Shown here piece after piece: positions 1 to 12,961 of a stretch of 64,000 nucleotides of DNA; positions within the stretch are counted from its first letter, which is position 1; every line of letters starts with the position of its first letter. The position numbers were made by a program, and so were the translations under genes. The notes under the pieces are model-generated. The model saw nothing but the letters and a program-made list of their open reading frames with translations, did not search any database and was not told the origin of the DNA. This DNA comes from Heteronotia binoei. Its lineage: Eukaryota. The DNA lies in NCBI RefSeq assembly GCF_032191835.1, contig NC_083230.1, forward strand, positions 83,390,001-83,454,000. The letters are read 5' to 3'.

Positions 1-385
1 CTTCTAGGTTGAGACAAGAAGAAACATCTATTTTATAATTAATTGACTCTTCTTTAGCACTCAAAAAGTTCTACAACTGCAGACCAGGCACGATGAATGC
101 CCAATGCAAGTCTCTGTTGTTTTGCTCAGTCAATTCTTAGCACAGCTTTTTGAAGTAAATAGCAGGAGGGTCAAGCGCAAAGTCAGCTTCTTCACAATTC
201 ATCCCTTTCCCTCATCTCTTATACACTTATGCTAATACAAGGGGCAGGACTGTAGATCTGTTCAAATGTCACACTGCTGTAACTGACAAACAGGTACATT
301 CAAGGAGACTGCAAGGATACCTGGTAAACGCATACTAAAGAAAACATGCATGTTCGCACTCTAGCCTACAAGAACACAGAGAAGG

Positions 386-500
386 ATTTTATTATTTACT
401 CATTTACTTCATTTATTTAAATTAATTTACCTCATTTAATTATTTACTCATTTACTTCATTTATCTAAATAAATTTACTTCATTTATTATTTATTTAAAA
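386..500. repeat. AT-rich imperfect tandem repeat (TTTACTTCATTTA-like)
   Basis: Recurrent TTTACTCATTTACTTCATTTAT units. Confidence 0.6.
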
Positions 501-1518
501 CATTTCTTAATACTTTTCTACATTGCAAAATATAAGGAGGCTTACAACATAAATAAAAATGATTATAAAAACACATTAAAACCACAATTTAAAATCTCAT
601 TCAGGACTGCCAATCAATAAAAACAAATGTTATTGTTTTACTTAAACAAAACACTTCAAATGGTTATTGTTAATTTTTCTCCTTCCAATAAAGTACAGCA
701 GAAAATATATCCATATATGAGAGATTAACCTATTAATCTGGAGACAGATAATTCTGAAATCATTGCAAGGTAAACTATTTGAATGGTAAATTACCAAGCA
801 CCCATTAATTTTCTTATATAGCTGTAAAACTAACCTGAAAAAATACTACTCTAAAAATTAAAACTTTATTTGGGTTGTAAATAGCAAGAATGTGTCTTTA
901 TGTAGAAAACCATGATTTAAATCAAGTCTTACTGAATAGCGATTTAAATTGTGATTGAAATCAATTTGATTCTAATCCAATCGACCCTGGCCCAAGGTCA
1001 CCCAGCTTCCATGGCAGAGTGGGCATCTGAACCTGGGTCTGCCCGATCGTAGTCCAACATTCTAACTATAATACAATCCTGGCTTTCTAAAAATAAAAAT
1101 ACCTTTTGGGACTTAAAGTTTCATGGGGTACACAAGATATATTTGCTAGCACCATTCTCAGTATTATGCTCAGACCAATCCAAAGCAGAGGACAGCATAG
1201 TTTATTGAAAACATATTTGTAATTGTAACTGTGGACCAAGAAAATTTAACTAACATTTTAAAGCATTAGCTGTATGGATGTGGTGGTGATTGCCAAATGC
1301 GTTTATTGTACTAGGGAGTAGAGGTTTTTGAACTCAAGATGTGAGGATCTACCATCTCTTCCCCACTCCTACTTGGAAGCAGCAAACATCACTATTGAGT
1401 CACTAATGCTTCTTAACACCAATCTGGTGCAGTCGTTAGAGTGTTGGACAAGATCCAGGAGTGTAAATAAAATAAACACATAAATACATGCACAACTAAA
1501 GCAGATAATCATGCTCAC

Positions 1519-1630
1519 CTGACCCTTGACCAATGACATAGATTGTCTCCCCACATCCTTCATCCATTCTCTCCCACATCTGCCGGAGCAAGCTATCATA
1601 CTGTTCAGATGTCGGACTCACCATTACTAG
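1519..1630 (-). CDS. GTPBP1: GTP-binding protein 1, coding exon 2 (112 nt); gene continues beyond the left edge
   Basis: ttcag|CTAGTAATG acceptor and TCAG|gtgag donor; translates [37 protein letters not shown], in phase with exon 1. Confidence 0.97.
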
Positions 1631-2779
1631 CTGAACACAAAGATAAATACCCTCTGAAAAGCATACTGCTTTGACAATGTGTGAGAACACTGACACTGTC
1701 TTTTCAGAGATGTCAGCCTCAAAATTTGCTTATATATATACATATTAACAATTATATCAAAAATATACATTTGGAAAGACTTCCACCAAAACAAAGTGCT
1801 GTCTGGACTACCAGGCAACAATCAACACTGCAACTACATTCAAAGGCCACAGTAATTAAAAGGCAATCACTCAAGAAAGAGCTCACAGCAATAAGCTGTG
1901 AAGGAGAATAAGAGATTTTTAAAAAATGTTCAATGAAATATATGTCTTTAAAGTAGACTGAAAAAACATACAATATCATAGAAACAAATGTGGCTGTTTT
2001 GCTATTGTTAAATGGGTACAATGCATATGAACTACTAATACTGCATGCTGCTCCAGCTTTTGTGTAAAACAGCTGCTCCATCATTTTGGTTGTGGATCCC
2101 ATTTACTCCAAACTGCATTAGTCACTAATCAGATTGATAAATACAAGTCTCAAAAAGGGCAATACATGAGACAAGCCAGAATGATTCCATCATCAACTTT
2201 CAAGGACACTTTTCTTTCACATCCCACCTGTTTGGAGTCTGTCATGTGATTTGCTGTCCACCCCTCCACCCCCAGCATTACAGGTGAACAGGAATTCAAG
2301 GGCTCAGGCACTGACACACATTCTTGAGTCCAAAAAGTGCTCCCCCCTTCTCAAAACAAAATAGTTCCATGGAACTGGGTGATTATCGCCGATTTCAGAA
2401 CATTTTAATTCCCCAGCACACAACTGCAGTATAACAATTAAAGACACTTTTAAAAATGTTGTTGAAAAAATGAAAGAAGTACTGGACACATCCGGCAGTC
2501 TTTGAGGGAACACTGGGTCGACACAACGCAAATTAAAAATATGCCACTTACATTTTTTCAATGCAGGCACACCCCTGCCACGTATACCACCACATCGTGG
2601 TACCCTTGGAACCACATCGACTTAAGGCTCCCCCCCCCCCACACACACGTCTGAATATGTACAAGGCTTGGAAGACAGCCGTCTTGTCACCTCTAAAGGC
2701 ATCGACAGAACGGAGTGTGCATGTGTGAACGGCTATCTAACCCGTGTCAGTGACGCTGCGCAGTGCAAAGGACAAGGAG

Positions 2780-3420
2780 GGTCACCCACTCCCATGGGAA
2801 GAATGAGATGTCGAAGACTTTTTTTTGGGGGGGGGGGGAGGAAAGACGGCTGACGAGGACTGGAGCCGGGTGGACTTTCCTCGGCCAGTCGCTGCCCGCC
2901 CCCCGGTGGCCTCAGCCGGGCCTACCTTGCTGGTGAGATCGAGCTCCGGCTCCCCATTGAGCACCTCGCCGTCCTCGCTGCAGTCCGAGTCTGGAATATC
3001 GCGGTGAGGCCGGGACGAAGCCGCCGCTGTCCCGCTGTGTGACGCGGGCTCTGGGGCAAACATCGAGGCCGGCACCGGCGAGCCCCCCATTGGGGAGCGA
3101 CTGCGCTCGGTCGCCATCTTGGCAGCCCCTGTCTCCGACTCCCGCCACATTAGCATAGGCCCCGCCCAGCCCAGCACAAGCCCGCAGAGACTTTTTGCGG
3201 CGTCCGCAAACCTACTTAATAATTCATTACCTTTCCCGCCAATCACCGTGCAGCCTCATTAATAATTACTATGGTCCTATGACAACCGAGATCTGATTAT
3301 TAATAGTCATAAATCATGCCTCTCTCACCCCCCCTCCCCTTTCCGTTTCCTCCAGACTGGAATGATAAATACTGAAGCGGCGGTGCAGCGCCACCCCTTT
3401 AATATAGCGCTGAAGCATGG
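2780..3420. promoter_or_regulatory. CpG island / GTPBP1 promoter
   Basis: Visibly CpG-rich. YY1-type AAGATGGCG overlaps the start codon on the minus strand; X-box-like GGTCCTATGACAAC at 3273-3286. Confidence 0.75.
2926..3117 (-). CDS. GTPBP1: GTP-binding protein 1, coding exon 1 (192 nt)
   Basis: Translates [24 protein letters not shown]...[22 protein letters not shown], matching the GTPBP1 N-terminus as I recall it. ATG at 3117-3115; donor AAG|gtagg at 2925; lies in a CpG island. Confidence 0.97.
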
Positions 3421-3832
3421 AACTAATCCTACGTGTTTAGCATGTCAAGACCAATGGGAGAGAAGAAGCTTGATAAACAAAGCTTGTGTCCAATCGAGCT
3501 AAAGATTTAAATAAGAGGTGGGAGCAGGATCGCGACAGAGGCGGCTTGGTTAGAAAAGAAGGCTGGAAATGTGGGGATTTCCTGTGTTTACTTTTGCCTC
3601 TTTGTGACAGAACTCTCCGGCTCCGGGATAGGACCTGGCAATTGCTGATGACAGAGGACCGAAATACATTCCTTTCATCCGTAATGAACTGATGCAAAGG
3701 AACTGACACTGTCTGAACGTGTCTGGACTAATCTCCAAACCTGCGAATTGTAAAGATTCACTCATTCAGGTGTTTTAATGTGAATTCATGGTTTCCAGGA
3801 AAACTGGCCCATTAAGTGTAACTATTCAACTA

Positions 3833-3990
3833 CAGAACAAAGTTGGAGTCCAGTGGCACCTTTAAGACCAACAAAGTTTTATTCAAGGTATAGTGCATGC
3901 ACGCTTCCTCAGACATTCTCAATAAAATTTTGTTGTCTTAGGTGCCACTGGACTCCAACTTTGTTCTACTGCTTCAGACCAGTATAGCTG
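3833..3990. mobile_element. Penelope-like terminal fragments in inverted arrangement
   Basis: GAACAAAGTTGGAGTCCAGTGGCACC...TTTTATT (3833-3892) is inverted against AATAAAA...GGTGCCACTGGACTCCAACTTTGTTC (about 3919-3966). Confidence 0.72.
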
Positions 3991-4085
3991 CCCACCTAGA
4001 TCTATGTTCTACCATAATAAAACTTGCTTATATCTCCCTGAAAAACACAGGGTCCAAGGGGGCAACTGGAATCTGGAGGCTATAT

Positions 4086-4295
4086 TTAGAGGGGCTGTGG
4101 CTCAGTGCTATAGCATCTGCTTTGCCTGCAAAAGGTCCCATGTTCAGTACTCAAAATACCAGGTTAAAAGGACCAGGTAGTAGGTGATGTGAAAGCCCTC
4201 TGCATAAGACCCTGGAGACCCAGTACACGTGCTAGCAGGCAATACTGATGGTGATGGACCAATGGTCTGATTAAGTATAATGCAGCTTCACATGA
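4086..4295 (+). mobile_element. tRNA-derived SINE (Squam2-like); second copy at about 17688-17850
   Basis: GGGGCTGTGGCTCAGTG head; ACCCTGGAGA...GATGGACCAATGGTCTGA...GCAGCTTCA body. Confidence 0.7.
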
Positions 4296-7037
4296 CCCAA
4301 GCTGGAATCTCCAGTCTGCCATGAAACTTACTGGTTAACCTCAGGTCATCCACTATCTCACAGGAGATAAAATGGAAGAAGGGAGAATGATATTGTAAGC
4401 CTTAGGGCCCCCCAAAGGGAAGTTAAGCAGGGTATAAATAAATATCTGTCAAGAAACATATAAAACAAGAGTTTAAAAGCAACCAACTGATCATAATTCA
4501 TCAAAGCCTGAAACATTGTAGGGGGAGGGGGATATTTCAAACGTAGTCTGGAAACAAGCAACTGATGAAGCTATGTTAAAACTGGCTTTTATGGTCATAT
4601 CTGTGGGCTCCAGTCATCGGAGAGTCTGCAAGTTTTTCCCCCTAAGTAAAGTTTCTGAGTTGTCTGTAAAGGCAGTCCAGAAAACTATGTTCCAGTAGTC
4701 CAACAGGTTACAGCAGCATGATGGATCATAAGGCAGCCCTGGATTAATCATTAACCAAAATAAACACATGCTTAGGGCACCAAGGGAAGGGGGGGGCACC
4801 ACAGAGGGTTTTTATATTCCTTACTGCTCTATTTAGTATTAAACAAATTTTAAAAAATTAGAAGTTTATATTTATTATAGTTATGGGGGGTGGCCTGGAA
4901 GAAAACTGAATTTTTAATCTTTTATTTCAGCACTTATTGAGTCCTATTGTTTTGTCAGTTAAACAACGGAAGGGCCAAGGGGCACCATTGTTGGACAGTG
5001 CTTAGGACATCAGTTGGCCTTAATTCAGCCCTGCAGCAAAGCCAGAACAGTAAGCTCCATATAAGATGTAATGGTTTTAAATTGTAACTGTGTTTTATTG
5101 TTTTTTAAATTGTAAATGTAAATGTTGTTAGCCGCCCTGAGTCTGCTTCTGGAGAGGGCAGGATAGAAATTTAAGGTACATAAATTGAAAGAAAGCTCTT
5201 CTTGCATCAGCACAGCAACTGCTTTTCCAAGAGCAAACCTGGATCAAGGAGCACTCATAAATCAGTTCGTGCTAAATTCACCCTGTCCAAAACTGGGAGG
5301 AGCATCTCCAATATCAGCCGCTATCACCTCTGACTTGTCTGGATTCTGGTTTTGCTTGTTCTTCCTCAGCATCTGACCACAGCATCCATGCATTGATCCA
5401 GGATTGACACATCCAGCTGCTTCCAGAGGATTATTTAATAATATATTGAGCTAGATGATACTTGCATATCAATAGTACACAAACACAATTGTGTGGATGG
5501 TATTTACTCTAACGTAATGTTAAAATATACTGGGAGAAGGGTTGCATATCAACCAAACTGTTGATTTCAGCATCCCTGATAACTACTTTTTTAGTTCTAT
5601 ATAGCAGGAAGGGCTGAAACCATCAGAGTGCTGAACGTATAACGTCTCTAGAGAATTTAATGATCAACAGTACCAAAGGCTGCAGACAGATCTAGTAGGA
5701 CCAAAAAGGATATATTATTCTTTTTACAGCTACAAGTGAAGATCCACCAGAGTGACTAATACTTTCCTGGCCTCAAAACCAGGCCTGAAGTTAGACTGAA
5801 ATAGGTCACAGATAGATGTGTCCTCCAGAGGCTTCTGCTCTGTTACCACCTGCTCAGGTACATTTTATTTAATTAATTATTTGTGTTATTTTATTTATAG
5901 TCTCCAATTAGACTCAAGGAGGATGACACAGTCAATGCAATTAAAAAAATATCTAATAAGAAGTGTGATAGGGCTGGGATCCCAGAAATTTGAGCAAAGT
6001 ATTAAACATGTGCATGCATGTAAAAGAAATTAGCTTTGTTGGTCTTAAAGATGCCACTGGACTCAAACTTTGTTCTATTGCTTCAGACCAACATGGCTAC
6101 CTACCTGAAGCAGTAAATGGTATCACATAAGATACAATGCACTGAGAATGAGTGCAACAACAAATAATATATGCCATACACAGCGCATTGCCTCAGAAGG
6201 TCAAGGTGCAGTACAATCTTAAGCGGAGTTACATCTTTCTAAGCCAATGGGCTTCAGTTTAGAAGTGAATAACTCTGTTTAGGACTGCACTGTTAGAGAC
6301 CAGCCTGTATGTTGCTACATCTTCTTTCAACAAATGTATACTAGTAATCATTACTTCCTTTGTTCAGGGGGGAAATCCATCCAGGTTACTCTCAGCTTCT
6401 TCTGGCAAGATTGGTTACAAGGGACAGGGTGCCACATAGATCACAGCCTTCAGAACACCTGTCTGCATTGTTCAAGGATACCAATCTAAAGCTATCCATA
6501 CAAAATTTGCAAGACCGTGCTCCTAACACTTTTGCAATAACCTACATTTAAACTTGAATCCAAGTTAAATAATAGAGCAAATACATCATAAGTGATAATC
6601 GCATCTAATGTGTCAGATACTGGTTTCATACAATCCTGAACAATTGTGGTGGATGCAATTCAGCAAATGCAACAGTAGTGGAAACCAAAGCCTTTTCTGG
6701 TGTCAGCACTACCTCATAGACCTTCAGGTGAGCTCTATGGCCTACCTGTCTATGAGTCAATCACACAAGTTATCTCCCAGCACTTCTTACTTCCCCAAAC
6801 TCTTTAGTATTCTGCTAGAAGAAAAATATTGGAGAGCAAAGTTGCCTATTGCATCAGCAAGCCAGGCTTGCATAAATGCTCCAACCTCATTCCTGTTTAA
6901 GATATCAAAATCTCCCAAACTATTTCAGATATATTAATCTCCATGGGCAGAACTGCCTGCAGGGGAAAGGGCACCACCACCAAGCAGACCCTAAGCAAAC
7001 AGTAATCTTGACCAAGACTAAGACCTATACTTTAGCC

Positions 7038-7355
7038 CAGGGGTCCCCAGCCTTTTAGAGCCTGCAGGCACATTTGGAATTCTGACACAAAAGGTGAGCA
7101 CAGCAACAAAATGGCTGTCATAGGAGTGGAGCCAGTCAAAAAATGATTGCCACAGCTTAGTTTCAGTAACATGGTGCTTGTACTGTGGTCTACCAAAGCA
7201 ACATTTAAAAAAATCTGCACAACCAATCAAACGTCCAACAGTCAGTTGGAAGATCTGCCTGGCTCCACCCACTTTCTAAAAACTTGTTGGGTGCTAGAAA
7301 AGGTCCCAGAGTGTGCCTGTCTTTGCACCCACAGGCACCACATTGGGGACCCCCG
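7038..7355. mobile_element. Non-autonomous hAT (Charlie/Buster-type) MITE
   Basis: CAGGGGTCCCCA TIR; perfect 8-bp TSD CTTTAGCC (7030-7037, 7356-7363). Confidence 0.88.
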
Positions 7356-8149
7356 CTTTAGCCCCTTATCCAGATTACCATAAACCTGCTCAGTACAGAA
7401 AAGCAGATCCAGAATATGCTACTTATTATGCGTTGGGCCTATAATAACCATGGCAGTCATAAAGTCTTGAGCTTGACCTGATAAGGCTAGTTCAGTGTGG
7501 ATACTGAAGTCTGTTGGGACAATCAGCTCTGGGGAAAACAGACCAGCAAGATAAATGACAGCTATATGTTCTCAGGAAAACATACACATCTGTGTCAGCC
7601 TTTGCCATAAAAAGTTACAGGTTCACTGAGGCAAGGGAAAGTAAATTATATGTTAATTGAAAAGAACAGAGCTTGGAGTCAGAGATCTTGGGAATTACCA
7701 GAACCAGGATAGATGGGGCTTCATATCAACTCAAAGCCATAAAACTCACTGATACATAACCTTTGTGCTTGGCTGTGTTCTGCAGGCTCTGGAGGTCCAA
7801 CCCTCCAAGGTACAGATTGGTTACCTAACCATCTGCATAACCACCTTGAGAGCCACCATGGTTCAGTGGTTCTGTTGTTGGCCTTTGAGCTGGGAGATCC
7901 AGGTTTGAATCTCAACTTTGACAGATTAGTTTGTTGGGTGACCCTGGACCAATCACAGTCTCATTTGAAATAACGGAATTTCGTGCCCTAGCTTTCCTCC
8001 GAGAAGGCCTACACGTCTTTCCCTTTTTTATCCCTGCAAACAGCCCTTGCCACTGGCAAGTTACGAGAGCGCAACTTTCAAGAGCCATGCGAGAAGATTC
8101 AAACCGGCTTCTTAGCTGATCTCCAATATTTTAGTCCCTACAACTGTGC

Positions 8150-8760
8150 ACAGTCACTAGTAGTTCTTTAAGATCAGTTACGGCCCGACACTGCGCGACG
8201 TTGGCCAATGGAGATCACACCGGCTTAACTCCTTGCAACTGTCCCTAAAAGGGCCAGAGAAGCGCTTCGCTCGCACCTCAGAAAATCGATCTTAACCTGT
8301 TGTGACGTCACGCGGAGTCCCGCTCTCTCAACGTTAACAGGCGGGGCTAAGCGTGCGCGCGACGACCTGGGATGGGTAACTGCTGCGCATGTGCAGGCTA
8401 AGCGTCCAAGGTGGTCTGGGCCGCCAGCGGGTGAGTAGGGCCGGGGAGGGGACGACGTAGCGGGGAGGAGGCGCTTTTTTCTCCCACTTGAAAGGGGGTT
8501 CAGCCGTGGGGTTCCCTGGAGGGGTCTCCCGCCCTTCGCCTCTGAGGGCCTAGGTAGAGTTGACCCCGTGAGGGAGCCACTTACCTCACACGCCACCCTG
8601 AGCAGTCCCCCTCCCCCCGGATTATCTGAGTCACCCCAAGTTGGCAGCTGTTCGAGGGCCCCCCTCCGCAGACCTCAAGAAGGGGCTGCCATAAGCAGCA
8701 ACTTTCTCCCGTTACTAGTTGGGGGGAGGGGGCTGTTTACAAGGCCTCGCTTTCTGCCCA
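8150..8760. promoter_or_regulatory. CpG island / JOSD1 promoter with probable non-coding first exon
   Basis: CCAAT at about 8204, palindromic CRE TGACGTCA at 8303-8310, GC box at about 8340, NRF1-like TGCGCATGTGCA at about 8383, donor CGG|gtgagt at 8430/8431. Confidence 0.75.
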
Positions 8761-9713
8761 GTTGCGGCTTTACAGTACAGGCCAGAACTGCTGGGATTGC
8801 AAACGCAGAATCCCATCCCCCAGGCACCCTTTCCCTTCTAGCCGCACAGCGATGGTTGGGAATGGAGAACATCCTTAGCTCTTCAGTGCTTGGAATGGTT
8901 GCATTTGTGAGGCAAACAAAAGTCAGCCTCCTCACACGGGGAAAAGGAGGGGGTGTAGGCCTTGGAGCTTTGTTGTTGCTTTAGGTTATACAGCGTATCT
9001 GTAAAAAACAGGTTTGAGGTGCTTGTTTGTATTTTCGTACTCGGTATAGTGGAAGGGGGAAAAACATGCCTAATTGCATCTGTCTTTTCTCCATTAGGGA
9101 TTCAGAAGTATTAGCTAGGTGGAGCTGCTTCTTTCCCCTCCTACTTTGGAAGAGGCAGTTTTCTACCTCTTGGGATCATTATTTCTAGGACAGTCTCTCA
9201 AGAATTGGAAAACGCACTTGATGCATTGGTGGCATTACTATATTCCTTTTGAACACCAGCAGGCTGGCCTTGTTTAGTTTCATGAAGTTTGCCCTTTTGT
9301 TTTTGGGAAGTGAGCATTATTTACTAGGTAAGGCTGTGGATCTTTTGCTTAGTGGGCATCATTGACCAAAGGAAATGGAGGAAAAGGAGCGATGTGATAA
9401 ATTCCATCTGACAGTCTGATGTTATGGCCATGTAACTTATAAAATATTTTTCAAGAGGAAACAAAGAGAAAGGGGGGAATATATTAAAGACAGTCTCTTG
9501 GATGCTGAAGAAGAAAAATGGAAGAAAAATGACTCAGATCTTCAAAAGTTTCTTATGCAGCCATTCAATAAAGTCAACTGTTAAAGCAGCAACAGGTTTG
9601 CTGCTTGTGAACTGGAGTTGTCTGTAAAAGAAGTGGTTAGTTGCTTTTTGTGTGTGGGAAGAGGCTTTACACATTTTATCTCTTCCCATCTTCACCTTGT
9701 ACACTACGAAAAA

Positions 9714-9898
9714 ATGAGTTGTGTGCCATGGAAAGGTGACAAGACCAAATCAGAATCACCAGAAACACCACAGCTGATGCCAGTGCATATTTATCATGAA
9801 AAACAAAGAAGGGAGTTGTGTGCTCTACATGCCCTCAATAATGTCTTCCAGGACAGCAATGCCTTTACACGAGATACGCTACAGGAGATTTTCCAGAG
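9714..9898 (+). CDS. JOSD1: Josephin domain-containing deubiquitinase 1, coding exon 1 (185 nt)
   Basis: [15 protein letters not shown]...[21 protein letters not shown]...QEIFQR with the catalytic Cys motif; donor AG|gtaag. join(9714-9898,12004-12132,12229-12423,12862-12961) = 609 nt, 202 aa. Confidence 0.97.
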
Positions 9899-12003
9899 GT
9901 AAGTGGAACTTCTCTCTATTGGCAATATAATATTCTTTGTGTATGTGTTCACTGCTGGGGTTTTTTAAATTTCTGTACTTTGGAATTTGTGTACTCAGAG
10001 GCAGTTTGTAGAGTGAACGAGAGAAAGAAGAAAGGTACCCGGAATGTTACTGTTGATTGTTGAACTGATATCTTCTGCCAGCAGTTACCAAACATTTTTA
10101 TAGACAATATGACCCTGAACAAAGGTGTTTTGTCTTTGTGCAGGGTCATATTTTGGCCTTTGACTTAGAGCCACTTCACATAGGTCTTAAAACAATGCAT
10201 ATAAAAAACTGCACATAAATATGTACGCATAACAAAAGGGGAATAAAGTTTGGCTGATGTTCCCTGCTGTGTTGACAGAGTTAAACATATGTTTGCTGCC
10301 AGGTTTGGTGTGTGGCCATTAGTCCTTTAACCCAAACAGATCATTTCCATATTGCCTACAGTCTGCTCTTTGGAAATCATTGTCTTCTGCAAATGCTTTT
10401 ATTTTCCTAACCTTCAACTGCACAGGTGGCTTTACTGTCAAAATGCAGCAGTGCACCCTGCATTCCCTATTATTCTGTGACAGAAGGGTAGATAACATGC
10501 TCATGAAAATAGCATTGACACTTTATAAGTGGCCTGAGCCAGAGGAGGCTTGAACTAAAAAATAAAGCAGTAGTTGTGCTTAAATCTACACTAGAACTTG
10601 TAACTATTTATTTGCTTTTATGAACTGTATTGTTCATCCACTAGCAAGCTGAAATTCTTTCCTAGCATGTGTCATGTGTACCTGTTAGAGGAGTGCATCC
10701 CATAGATACAGAATGGTGCTAAAAACGCACAGTTTTTGTAACTTTATGATTCAGAGCTTTTATTGAAAATAAAGATGGGTAAAATAGTGAGTGTAATAGA
10801 TCCTGTGTTGTTTGTGCAGTATTTTCTTGCTCTTAGGGGAGTTCTCTGTATTTCTCACAACTCTCAGGAGCCTTAATTTAAAAGTCAGCACGTGGAACTT
10901 GATTCTCTTGTGCCCCATTCTGGACGTGCTCGAAGTGAAAAATCACATTTGCGGAAAGCATCTGAAACATTAGGAAACCTCTGTGTTTCTAGGTGTTTGA
11001 TTGATGGTTGTGAGGTTTATGTCCTTACACATTTAATAAATATAATTGCAATAATGTTATGTATGTAGTTTAGCCTATAAAAGTTGATTCCTACATAAAA
11101 GTGGCCCTATTCTGGCTTAATTCAGTTAATGTTTCTCTTTGCCTGTTTCTTTGCTTAACTTGTCATGGATCACAGACTTTTGTATTGCTACCAGACATTT
11201 GTGGAACAGGTCATAGCAAACCCCTTCTCCCCCATTTTAAAAAAATGGAACGATTAATACATAAATTGTGCCATCAAGTCACAGCCAACTTTTCTTGAAG
11301 TTCCGCCTTATGAGGTTTTCAAGGCAAGAGATAATAAGTGGTTTGCCATTGCTTTCTTCTGCATAGCAGCCCCAGTTTTCATTGGTGGTCTTTCAACAGA
11401 GTACTGACCCTGCTTCTGTGCTCTGGAGACTGAGCTAGTCTGGGCTATTAAATGTCATCTAGTAGTAGAGAGAAAGGATCTATTCATGTTAAATTTTTGA
11501 GGATGTAATTCCTAATACAGTCATTGAAGCATTGCATTTTACTGTTCTTGTGACTGAGGCCAAGATGACCACCTTGTCTTGCTTCAGATATTTTTGCATT
11601 GGGCCATTTTTAAATTCAGGATACCAGGTTCTCAAAACCATTTCTTTGAAATTACTGATACTGGATGAGGCTTCTATTAGATGCTGGTATCTGTTGTCAT
11701 TCAAGCAGTCTATAGCCTCATCTGACAAGGAAGTCTTACTTCTGGGTTCTGCAAACACTTTTTGAACTCCTCTCAGAAAGACCATATCTTCTGACTGAAA
11801 GAGTTGGTGTTGGTGAAAGTGGCATGCTTTTGAAATGTATGTTGAGAAGGGTGGAGAAGACAAATGTGCAGTGTCTTTCTGCTGCAGAGAAAAAAACCTG
11901 GTAACCACTCTCCTATTCCTAATATGACCTTCAATGATTCCTTTCACCTCCTTGGGAAAAAATATGATCACTGGCTCAATGTGCATGTCCTTGCTTTATT
12001 CAG

Positions 12004-12132
12004 GTTGTCTCCCAATACCATGGTGACCCCACACAAGAAGAGCATGCTGGGAAATGGGAACTATGATGTGAATGTCATCATGGCAGCTCTTCAAACCAAA
12101 GGCTATGAAGCAGTTTGGTGGGATAAACGTAG
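12004..12132 (+). CDS. JOSD1: JOSD1 coding exon 2 (129 nt)
   Basis: cag|GTTGTCT acceptor, AG|gtaag donor; [42 protein letters not shown]. Confidence 0.97.
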
Positions 12133-12228
12133 GTAAGGAGAACCAGAGTATCATGCGAGGCTCACTGTCAGGAGAAGATTCTGCTTTTCAGTTTGCTTTT
12201 ATAATTTTTCAATTTCTTTCTTTCTTAG

Positions 12229-12423
12229 GGATGTTAGTGTAATTGCGCTCTCTAATGTGATGGGCTTCATTATGAATTTGCCCTCCAGCCTCTGCTGGGG
12301 TCCACTGAAACTTCCCCTTAAACGGCAACATTGGATCTGTGTTCGGGAAGTGGGAGGTTCTTACTACAATCTTGACTCCAAACTCAAGGTGCCTGAATGG
12401 ATTGGTGGTGAAAGTGAGCTCAG
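12229..12423 (+). CDS. JOSD1: JOSD1 coding exon 3 (195 nt)
   Basis: tttcttag|GGAT acceptor, CAG|gtgag donor; [18 protein letters not shown]...[22 protein letters not shown] with the catalytic His and NLDS motifs. Confidence 0.97.
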
Positions 12424-12861
12424 GTGAGTTCTCTTCCATCTTAGCTTTCAGCTGGAAGTTCTGCCTTGCCACACAATGTAAGCTGGAGTATTTGGTGCAG
12501 TATGATTGGGGTTTTAACTTCTCTTGAGTAGTGGAGAGGTTGAAGTTGTGACAACAAAGTTTAAAAGAAAAAGCAACTATATGCATGTGTTAATCTGGAT
12601 CTTCTCCAAATTAGGAAAAGTTATCAGTAGGAGATAGGATCTGGAAGCAGGTATTTGTTATTCTGTATACCAAAGACTGTGTCCTTGGCCTGAGGAATGG
12701 ATATTCATTGTCCAGATAAACTATTGAGGTAGAGAGGTAGCAATTTGTCTGAGACCACAAAGTGAGTCTGTGGTAGAGAAGACTTGAGGTAATCACTTAG
12801 ATATGCTGGCCCAAAGAGTTCAGTGTCATTAACTGTCTTTTCCCTCTCTTCAATATCATAG

Positions 12862-12961
12862 GAAGTTTTTGAGACACCAGCTGCGAGGAAAGAACTGTGA
12901 ACTTCTCTTGGTAGTGCCTGAGGATGTAGAGGCACATCAGAGTTGGAGAGCTGATGCATGA
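12862..12961 (+). CDS. JOSD1: JOSD1 coding exon 4 (100 nt, stop)
   Basis: catag|GAAG acceptor; [32 protein letters not shown], then TGA at 12959-12961. Confidence 0.96.

Noticed and set aside
321-334. Possible 14-nt GTPBP1 microexon on the minus strand (tttag|TATGCGTTTACCAG|gtatc)
   Set aside because: It does not resemble GTPBP1 exon 3 and would shift the frame; no other support.
11489-11986. 165-aa antisense ORF in a JOSD1 intron
   Set aside because: No recognisable domain, promoter or splice context; consistent with a chance ORF.
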